A stretch of DNA of 64,000 nucleotides from Octopus vulgaris (lineage: Eukaryota): assembly GCA_951406725.2 (NCBI GenBank), contig OX597840.1:16988001-17052000 (forward strand). The letters are read 5' to 3'. This document shows positions 54,612 through 64,000 of the stretch, in pieces; positions within the stretch are counted from its first letter, which is position 1; each line of letters opens with the position of its first letter. The translations under genes were made by a program, and so were the position numbers. The notes under the pieces are model-generated. The model had not been told where the DNA came from. It saw nothing but the letters and a program-made list of their open reading frames with translations, and did not search any database.

Positions 54612-55595
54612 ATGTGTTTGTCCCCCCCCCCCCCCAGCATCGCTTGGCAACTGATGCTGGTGTGTTTACGTCCCTGTAACTTAGCGGTTCAGCAAAAAGA
54701 GACTGATAGAATAAGTACTAGGCTTACAAAGAATAAGTCCTGGGGTAGATTTGCTCAACTAAAAGGTGGTGCTCCAGCATGACCACAGTCAAATGACTGA
54801 AACAAGTAAAAGAGTAAAAGAGTAAAGTAAGTACCAGCTGTGCACTGGGGTCAATGTAATTGATTTACCCGCTCCCCCTGAAACTGCTGGCCTTGTGCCA
54901 AAACTTGAAACCAGTAACAATGATGGTTGTTATTAATTTAGATACCAATAATTTTGATGGGAGGGGGAGTAGATGATTCTATCAGCCCCGAACTTAACTC
55001 TACTTCATTTTATTGGCCCCAAAAAGGATGCAAGTTCTCCAAGGGGAAGCAGTCAATATGAATGGCCCCAGCATTTGGACGTTCAGTGAAGATTTGCCAA
55101 ACATTTCAAATATTCTCTATTTGAGACCCTAAAAAAAGAAATATATACATAAGGGCCAGCATAGCTGTGTAGTAAGCATTTTGCTTTCCAGCCACATGCT
55201 TCTGGGTTCAATCCTGCTGTGTGCCACCATGGCAAGTGTCTTCTACTATAGCCCTGGGTCAACCAAAGCTGAAAAATACTGAAAAAAGCCTGTCATGTTT
55301 ATATAATGCGTGTGCGTGTATGTGCATGCGTGTGTGTGTGTGTATGTGTGTGTGTGTGTGTGTCTGTATGTGTGTGTGTCTGTGTATTTGTGTTTGTCCC
55401 CCACCACTGCTTGACAACTGGTGTTGGTTTGTTTACATCCCTGTGACTTAGTGGTTCAGCAAAAAGAAACTGTTAGAAGAAGTACCAGGTTTAAAAAAGT
55501 AAGTACTGAGGTCGATTCATTTGACTGAAAAATTTTTCAAGGCAGTGCCCCAGCATGGCCACAGCCTAATGGCTGAAACAAGTGGAAGATAAAAG
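54434..55595 (+). mobile_element. Two SINE family B copies (54434-54825 nested in a family A copy; 55155-55595)
   Basis: Similarity to 49475-49905. Confidence 0.7.
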
Positions 55596-55752
55596 ATATA
55601 TTCAAGCATACATACATGTGTACAAACACACACACACATGCATACATAAGTATATATATATCTGCAGATGTGGATTATAAATGAAAAGGAAGTATGTAGG
55701 TAAAGATTATTTTCAAGGTCATTTTCTATTGTTATATTTTAAAACTATTATT

Positions 55753-55827
<75 letters not shown>

Positions 55828-55863
55828 ACAGACAGATAGACAAACAGCTAGATAGATATAGTT

Positions 55864-55898
<35 letters not shown>

Positions 55899-55961
55899 GT
55901 AAGACAGAGAGACAGATAGATAAATAGATAGATAAACAGCTAGATAGATAGTTAAATAGAT

Positions 55962-56044
<83 letters not shown>

Positions 56045-56254
56045 CTGTTATTCGTCTCACATCAAACTTTATATACCAGACTTATAATTAAAGGCGCTCT
56101 ACACACGACTGTCCCAACTGTCTTCATTTATTGCATATCGATAACTACATTATACATACCCACTTCAATTCTTTCTTAATATAGAACGCTGGGATGCAAT
56201 TTTCGATAGACTTGGTTGCTATTTCTAACGTGTCTAACAACCACATAAAAATCC

Positions 56255-56393
56255 CCCTCGTTATCGCGTACACGTGAAATTTTTTTACACAGGATACACA
56301 TTTCGGTTGACACCGTATCCGGTTGTTCCATGTCGTTGTTATTGTTTAAACCGGTGTTTCAAGAATCCGAGAAACTCCACAAAAAACAAAACG
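56255..56393 (+). promoter_or_regulatory. Putative ERCC2 proximal promoter / 5' UTR
   Basis: Unique, locally CpG-rich sequence with a CACGTG E-box upstream of the inferred start codon; TATA-less. Confidence 0.4.
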
Positions 56394-56398
56394 ATGAG
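56394..56398 (+). CDS. ERCC2: ERCC2/XPD coding exon 1 (ATGAG, 5 bp)
   Basis: AAAACG-ATGAG|GTTTGT. Joining to exon 2 gives MRLNIDG; vertebrate ERCC2 also has 5 coding bp in exon 1. Confidence 0.7.
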
Positions 56399-57087
56399 GT
56401 TTGTTCGATTCTTTTATTATTAATAGTAAACCTCGTGCTGCTCAGTCATAGCTGGGCAGAACTATGATTCAAAGACCTTCCACTCGTGACTATTCCGTCT
56501 TTATCTTATTTTCTCTCAAAGACTAATCCATGCATCCTTCGTTTATTTTTTTCTTCTAAAGCCGGTAAAATAACTTTAGAGGAGATTTAGCTGCTATTTC
56601 TCGCTCTTCGAATGACCAGTTAGTAAGTCACTGGTGGCTTCGGGGCTGTGTTAACTGTTTGAATCCCTAGACCCTTCTCCTTCGGGTCCACATGTGGCAA
56701 GATTGACAATATCCTACTGCTGTGTTTAAAGCCATGTGGCATTAAGTCAACGATTCGAAACCCTTTCAGTTGTCGCGACCTGACTTATTAATTACGTAAC
56801 TTTACGACACTCTATGTGTGTGTCTGTGTATAACTTTGGCTTGCTTCGATTCACCATTAAAACAATTCAATTAATCTGATAAACTTGACCAGCTCTGGTC
56901 TTATTTTCCTCTTTAATTTATACCCGCTGAATCGGAACTAGGCTACGGATCCCCAACTTCAGCCCCCGATCCCCCGTTGGGAATTTGGATCCTTGTAGCC
57001 TATCAATTGGAGCACTTAGCATACCTATTTGTTTAGCTCACCAATGGCCTAAACCTTTCCTATTCTTATTATATATGTATATATTCT

Positions 57088-57300
57088 TTTCTACTCTAGG
57101 CACAAGTCCCGAAATTTGGGGCCAGCAGCTAGTCGATTAGATCGACCCCAGTCCGCAACTGGTACTTAACTTATCGATCCCGAAAGGATGAAAGGCAAAG
57201 TCGACCGCGGTGGAATTTGAACCCAGAACGTAAAGGCAGACGAAATACCGCTAATCATTTCGCCCGGTTTGCTAACCCTTTTGCCAGCAGCTCGCTGCGT
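57088..57300 (-). mobile_element. SINE family A in ERCC2 intron 1
   Basis: Matches family A. Confidence 0.75.
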
Positions 57301-57513
57301 TATTATAATGTGTATATATTGAGAAATGGGGAAATTCAGAATTTTGGATAATTCTTTATTAGCGCCTTCGTCCGTTTAACAGAACTCTTTAAGAGAAAAG
57401 TTAAAACCAAAATAATTGAAAGTGCTAATAAAGAATTATCCAATATTCTGAATGTCTCCTTTTTCTCAAGATACAATATCTGTACACCTCTTCAAACACT
57501 ATATATATGTATG

Positions 57514-57574
<61 letters not shown>

Positions 57575-58098
57575 ATATATTAAAAAAAGAAAAAAAATGT
57601 TAATATTGCACTTACCAAAATTTACCAAGAAAAATTGAAGAGACCAACCCCCAATTCCTCGTCTCCTCTTCCTTCCACATGAAGTGGTGATATATATTCC
57701 AAAACTTGGCAAAGGTAAAGAATATGCACACCCAGTGCTTAGGGTTACGTCGAAAATGGGTGGTATGCATATTCCTTACCTCTCTCCAAAACTTTGCCTT
57801 TTTCTATCCAGAGTTTTATGCCCTAATATTTACAAGCTAATATTTATAGCTTTATCAGCTTCAAGCCCCACCATTTATATAATGTGTGTATGCCGTTTTA
57901 GAAATTCTAAAAATGAAATTTGATAATTTTCTTCGTTTTTTTTTTTTTTTTTTGTATTTTAACCCCTACATCATTTTTATTTAACCTGTTCAGTAATATT
58001 TTATATTTTATCAAATATTTAGAACATGACAATGTTTTGGTATTAGTATAGTCAGTGTGTTTGAACTATATATATTATAATGGGATAGACTGGTTTAT

Positions 58099-58160
58099 GG
58101 GGTTACCCTGGGTTTCTCGCTTCATAAGGGGTTTAGCCTTATGGCGTATCATCAGACCCC
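58099..58160 (-). ncRNA. Type I hammerhead ribozyme motif, intact
   Basis: GGGGU-CUGAUGA-UACGCCAUAAGG(CUAAACC)CCUUAUGAAGCGA-GAAA-CCCAGGG-UA-ACCCC; perfect 5-bp stem I. Confidence 0.8.
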
Positions 58161-58769
58161 AAACACTAAGACCTCTTTAAAATATTGAGGGGGAAAGCCT
58201 TGTTTTTAAGTGTAGAACCCTAGGTGATTATCTCCCTACAACAGCAACAACAGGTGCAACAACATCACATGCCCACAGAAGTATGTGGAGTGCACTGGGA
58301 TCTCTCTCAAGCAGCATATTTCCAATCCTCTGTCCTTCGGAGTCCTGGAAAAGAGATACGTGACATCACTGGCCAGCCATATCTGCTAATTATGAGATGA
58401 AGAGATTCCATACTTGAGAACCAAAGCCCCTACATCAATGGGACAAAACAGTGCAAGTTATGCATTGCCGAACGCATGAGGATCCTTGGGTACTCACTCA
58501 TTCCAGGGGGCATCTTGAATTCTAGGATGGAAATTTTCAGCCATGCCTGCATTTTAGAAAATTCCTGCTGACTTTTTGGAATCTGCATGGTGGTACTACA
58601 GCTGAAAACCAATAGCCAAGGCCAAAGTGGGACAATCATTTACCTTTGTGGTGCTTTGGTGATCACAAGATGGCAGTGTGGCTGAAGATCGATGGACAGT
58701 GGCAAAGGAAGATAATCACCTAGGGTTCTACCCTTAAAAACGAGGCTTTTCCCTCGGCCAGCAGTATTT

Positions 58770-58830
58770 GGGGTCTGATCATACGCTGTAAGGCTAAACC
58801 CCTTATGAGCGAGAAACCCTGGGTAACCCC
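58770..58830 (+). ncRNA. Type I hammerhead motif with G8C core mutation
   Basis: GGGGU-CUGAUCA-..-GAAA-CCCUGGG-UA-ACCCC. Confidence 0.65.
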
Positions 58831-58923
58831 ATAAACCAGCCTACCTCAGTATAATATTAACTGGTCTACATATGAGAGTATGCTTCTCCAGATATATGTA
58901 TTTCTACAAACGATGTATATGTG

Positions 58924-58954
<31 letters not shown>

Positions 58955-60636
58955 AGGTTATGAGAGGTAATGGTGTCAATAAAACCCAAAGGTGTCAGGT
59001 AATGCTCAGTAAGTGCTATGGATTACCTGACACCTTGGGGTCTTGTTGATACCATTAGGTGTCAAAACCATAATGATATCCGTGGGGCAGCTGATGATGG
59101 AGGTGTATTGGATTGTTGCTAAGGCTATTTTTGTATATGTGGAATAGTACTATAATACATCCTTTTGATATATGTAAGAGCGTTGTAGTTCACTTGAAGC
59201 ATTTTAATATCAAAGAAGGGTAAAAAGCAAGCAAATAGGAAAGCTTCTGACAATGCAGAAAGTTTCACCAAATCTTTACATTTCAGGTGCAAAGGCCCAT
59301 CTTTAGAAGGAAAACAGTCTGGGAAATATCCAATAAAACAAATCACCAGCAACACTTACAACTAGCAAAACAAGGACATTCCTGACTGGAAAACCTTTGA
59401 ATATTAGTCATGGGTTAAATAACAATGCTAATAATAATAATAATGGGTTCAAATTTTGGCACAGATGGTGCTTATTTTATCAGTCCTGGAAGGATGAAAG
59501 GCAGAGTTGACTTCAGTGGAATTTGAACTCAGATGAAATGCCACTAGGTATTTTGCTCGGTGTCCTAACAATTCTGCCATCTCACCACCTTAATAATAAT
59601 AATAATAACAACAACAACACTATTTCAACCATCACAACAATAACACAGGATGGTCACAGCTGGAATGCTTTTGATCATTGGTCTCCTGGGTTGAGGCTGA
59701 CCTGGGGCTAAAAACACATCCACACAGGGTGATCACAGCTCATTTTGATCAGGACTGACCTATGGTTAAACAACAATAAGAGCATTAATATCACAATATC
59801 AATGGGGTAGTCCTGGTTGGAACACCTTTGGCTGTGGGACTTTAGATCATAGCAGATCTTAAGCTAAATATTTACAGTAAAATGGAACATATATATGGTC
59901 ACTATATTTGCTAGAAATAGCAACAAATTCTTCCTCAAACAAACATCATAATGACATATTGAGTAAAGAATTCTGAGGAACACCATGCCAGAAAAAAAAA
60001 TTAGACAGGATGGTCGTGGCTGGCACATTTGATCATATGACTTTGGAAGCTAATTAACAACTACTGAAAGAGGGAGCATCTATATGGTCACTATACCTGC
60101 TAGAAATATCGATGAATTCTCCCTCAAACCCAGTGCACTCCACATGGGGTAATGTATTCTGAGGGATACCGCACTGGGACAGAAATAATACAGGATGCTC
60201 ATGGTTGGATTGCCTTTGATCACAGATCTACTCAATGAAGGCTGATCTTGGGCTGAGCAACATCATCATCATCATCATCGTTTAACATCCAACGGCACTG
60301 GCAACGACCTCGCTCGAATGATTTTTCACGTGCCACCTGCATGGAAGCCAGTCAGCTGCTCTGGCAATGATCATGCTTGAATGGTGCTCTCAGTGCTCCA
60401 CTGGCACAGGTGCCAGTCATCGAATTTGATTCGATTTTGATTGCCTCAACAGGTCTTCACAAGCAGAGTTTAGTGTCCAATGAAGGAAAGGTATGCATAA
60501 ATGGGCTGGTTACACTCCTGGCATTGGCCACGGGTTATGGTCTCACTTGGCTTGCCGGGTCTTCTCACGCACTGCATTTTTAATTTTATTTCTTCTTCCA
60601 TTTCATAAACCACCCTCCACCCTTATTTCTTTCCAG

Positions 60637-60736
60637 GTTAAACATTGATGGGTTATTGGTGTACTTTCCATTTGATTACATCTACCCTGAACAGTACCTT
60701 TATATGACCGAGTTGAAGAAAAGCCTTGATGCTAAG
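60637..60736 (+). CDS. ERCC2: ERCC2/XPD (TFIIH helicase) exon 2
   Basis: Polypyrimidine tract-CAG| [33 protein letters not shown] |GTGAGA; 100 bp; XPD/Rad3 N-terminal Q-motif. Confidence 0.95.
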
Positions 60737-60777
60737 GTGAGAGACACTTTTTTGATAAAAATTGTTCTGAATATTAT

Positions 60778-60915
60778 CGAGCGAGAGAGCAGCACATGCC
60801 ATCCGAGTGACACTGGGGCACATATATATGAAGCCCATTATACCCATTATGACTGATTTTGTGACTACCCATCTGGTAAAGGGTACACCAGGCACAGGCA
60901 TTACAACCATATGTG
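60778..60915 (-). mobile_element. 3' fragment of the ~560-bp TAA-associated retroposon
   Basis: Reverse complement of the 3' end of 6459-7014. Confidence 0.65.
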
Positions 60916-60999
60916 TATATGATGGGGACACTGCTTCATGACTATCACACAGTGTCAAGACAAAACCACACACACATACGTGTGTGTGTGTGTTGGAAG

Positions 61000-61920
61000 A
61001 CCTGGCTGTGTGGTAAGAAGCTTGTTTCCCAACCACATGGTTCCAGGTTCAGTCCCACTGCATGGCACCTTGGGAAGTTTCTTCTACTACAGCCTCAGGT
61101 CGACCAAAGCCTTGTAAGTGGATTTCGTAGATAGACACTAAATGAAGCCAGTGTTGGTATGTGTGTGTGTGTGTATCCCCATAACTTAGCAGTTCAGCAA
61201 AAGAGACCAACAAAGTACTAGAATTAAAAAAAATAAGTCCTGGGGTTGATTTGTTAAAGGCAGTTCCGCAGTAACTGGTTGAAACAAGTACAAAAAAAGA
61301 TAAAAGGTGTATGTGTGTGTGTGTACTACATACGTATGTAGTAGCTACACAGAATTAGAATCTTATTCAGCCAGTGGTAAATTACTAATTATTTATTAAT
61401 CAATCAGTTAGTAAGGTTGATTAAGCATTGTTATATTGAATTATTAATTAATAACTCTTTATGTTGTGTGTGATATCATTTCCTTCCAATACCTGTTGCC
61501 AAATATAAGTACAACTGGATAATTAATTTCAGACAGATTGTGTGTGTGTGTGTGTGTGTGTGTGCATACACACACATGTATTATATATATATATTCTTTT
61601 ACTCTTTTACTTGTTTCAGTCATTTGACTGCAGCCATGCTGGAGCATCACCCTTTTGCCAAACCACTAAGTTTTAGGGACGTAAATGCACCAGCATTGGT
61701 TGTCAAGTGATGTTGGGAAAATATACACAGACACACAAACATACGCACACACATACATACATATATGTTTATATATATATATGACAGGCTTCTTCCACTC
61801 ACAAGGCTTTGATTGGCCCAAGGCTATAGCAGAAATCATTTGCCCAAGGTGCCATGCAATGGGACTGAACCTGGAACCATGTGGCTGGTAAGCAAGCTAC
61901 TTACCACACAGCCACTCCTG
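61000..61920. mobile_element. Oppositely oriented SINE family B pair in ERCC2 intron 2
   Basis: ~61000-61305 (+) and ~61590-61920 (-). Confidence 0.7.
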
Positions 61921-61926
61921 AACTTA

Positions 61927-61969
<43 letters not shown>

Positions 61970-62132
61970 TATTATTATTATTATCATTATTATTATTAAA
62001 ATTATAATTAAGGGTATCTAAAAGATACCACCATGCTAGAGATAGCAGTCAAAACTTGACTCTAAGACCACATCAAGTATTCATAAAGCACAAGGAGAAA
62101 AGACAAAGAGACAAATTAACGAGCAAAAAATT

Positions 62133-62216
62133 ATTGGATAATCCCTGGTGTGGTATTTTGATTGGATAATCCCTGGTGTGGTATTTTGATTGGATAATCC
62201 CTGGTGTGGTATTTTG
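62133..62216. repeat. Perfect 28-bp tandem repeat x3 (ATTGGATAATCCCTGGTGTGGTATTTTG)
   Basis: Direct reading; no spacers. Confidence 0.95.
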
Positions 62217-62871
62217 ACCATGTGGCACATGGAGTTTAGACGGACATTTAAACCAGTCATGTGCATACGTACATATATATATGTGTGTGTATACATGCAT
62301 ATATGTAAGTATTCGTATGTTGTATGTATGTATATTTGTAATTGTGTACTATCTGTGAATATCCCACTAAAGAGGCAGATTATATTCTTATGCAAAGCAA
62401 GAAATCTAGATCTGGGATTATCCAATAATTTTTTGCTCGTTTATTTGTCTCTTTGTCTTTCCTCCTGGTGCTTTATGAATACTTGATGTGGTCTTAGAGT
62501 CAGGTTTTGACTGCTGTCTCTAGCATGGTGGTATCTTTTAGATACCCTTAATTATAATTTTAATAATAATAATAATAATATATATTTTATACATATACAC
62601 ACATAGGTTCAGGAGTGGCTGTGTGGATTCTATGGCTGGATACCCTTCCTAGCACCAACCACTCCAAACGTGTACTGGGTTTCATTTATCTGTCACTGAC
62701 ACAGGTGCCTTTTATGTGTTGCCAGCACTGGCCACCACTACGATTTCACTTGTGTATATGTACACATACAAACAATTATATGTATAAACACATTTATATA
62801 CACACACACACACACACACACGTATTATCAAAAACTAACCTACACTTGTTTGTTTTTTGTTGTTGTTTCAG

Positions 62872-62949
62872 GGCCATTGTGCATTGGAAATGCCATCAGG
62901 AACTGGCAAAACTGTATCACTGCTCAGTCTCATTACAGCTTATATGAGG
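62872..62949 (+). CDS. ERCC2: ERCC2/XPD exon 3 (Walker A)
   Basis: Branch point CTAAC (~62835), TTTCAG| GHCALEMPSGTGKTVSLLSLITAYMR |GTAAAG; 78 bp, in frame with exon 2. Confidence 0.95.
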
Positions 62950-64000
62950 GTAAAGATACACTCACTTTTTTCATCATCATCATCATCACTATTATCAACA
63001 TCATCATCATCATTTAGTGTCTGCTTTCCCTGCTGTCATGGGTTGGATGGCTTGACTGAAATTGGTAAATTGGAGAGCTGCACCAGGTTCCGATCTGATT
63101 TGGCTTGGTTGCTATGGCTGGATGCTCTTCCTAACAGAAACCAATCCAAGAGTGTAATGGGTGCTTCTTACATGACACCAGCATCGTCCACTACTACAAT
63201 TTCACTTGGCTCAGCGAGTCTTCTCCCCATCTATCACCATCATCACCATCATCATCTCCACTATTTTCACCACCAAGATCATTATCATCCTTTTTACCAT
63301 CATCATTGTCACCATTACAATCATATCACCACCACAGCCATCATCACCATTACTGCTACCACCATCACCATCATCAATACAATTATTGTTAACATCCTCA
63401 CTATCATCATCATCGTCATTGTCACCAACATCATCATCATAACTTCTGCACCCTTTTTCTGTTTCTGCCTTTTTTTTTTCCAATTTCATATGATGAGGTC
63501 AAAAATGTTTTATCGTAAATATTTCATTGGCGTGGAGGCGCAATGAGGCAGCGCACTCGCAGTTGTAGGATCGCGGTTTCAATTGAGTGAAAACACCTAA
63601 AAAGCTCCACGAGGCTCCAGCAGGGGGTGGCGATCCCTGCTGCACTCTTTCACTGCAACTTTCTCTCACTCTTTCTTCTGTTGGCCTGCTTGCTTAGCAT
63701 TTGAAGGCTAAAACAATGCCAAGTGCATTGTGACCAGTGATGTGTAGCAACATCTGATAGCCTAGTCAGTCACGGTGATTTCATTGGCAGCAGGGAGTTG
63801 TACAGATCTGTAGTACAACCTATCACTCTTTTCTCTCAGTTTCATGTCCTTGAATTCACAACGGTCAAGTTGTGTTGCAGTGGAGGGCCAAACCTGTTGG
63901 CAAAACAATCTTCTTGACCATACAGCTAAGTCCGCCATCATTTTATGCCATCATCATCATTTAACCCATTCGTTACCATACTTTTGTTGGAATATACTGA

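Larger units (their letters stand above)
58073..58892 (+). mobile_element. Penelope-like (probably Hydra-clade) remnant with inverted hammerhead-bearing arms, in ERCC2 intron 1
   Basis: Arms ~58073-58237 and ~58706-58856. Internal KRYVTSLASHI..PYINGTKQCKLCIAERMRIL..ILNSRMEIFSH; homologous to 1296-2310. Confidence 0.8.

Noticed and set aside
57355-57505. Two further hammerhead-like traces on the - strand (UUAAAGA..GAAG; UUGAAGA..GAGAA)
   Set aside because: Cores and stems are too degenerate to support by eye.
62133-62216. 28-bp repeats as a CRISPR array
   Set aside because: No spacers, eukaryotic context and no cas genes; a simple tandem triplication.
62950-63546. 229-aa ORF 62857-63546 as a full protein
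   Set aside because: Only 62872-62949 is XPD; the rest is read-through into intronic (CAT)n and repeat sequence.
63840-63917. Possible ERCC2 exon 4 after TTTTCTCTCAG (FHVLEFTTVKLCCS..)
   Set aside because: Lacks the conserved YCSRT..EIEK motif and runs into a stop; the true exon 4 is probably beyond the window.

Overview
Repeat-saturated eukaryotic (animal) DNA. The SINE, LINE and microsatellite content resembles a coleoid cephalopod such as Octopus; this is an inference from repeat families. The only host gene I can support is the 5' end of ERCC2/XPD on the + strand: coding exons of 5, 100 and 78 bp at 56394-56398, 60637-60736 and 62872-62949, continuing past the window. Most ORFs in the track are microsatellite artefacts. 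The rest is transposon debris: R4/Dong-like LINEs inserted in (TAA)n, a ~560-bp TAA-associated non-coding retroposon, three tRNA-derived SINE families, mariner/Tc1/pogo/Merlin elements and MITEs, Helitron/Helentron-like pieces, an LTR end with a tRNA-Trp PBS, and a 5'-truncated tRNA-Ile fused to a SINE. The most notable hidden layer is about ten minimal type-I hammerhead ribozyme motifs from several Penelope-like families. Most occur as inverted pairs, and two pairs flank GIY-YIG endonuclease remnants with a C-terminal CxLC motif. One such element lies in ERCC2 intron 1, where the sense-strand hammerhead has a core mutation and the antisense one is intact. All calls were made by eye, and boundaries of degenerate repeats are approximate.
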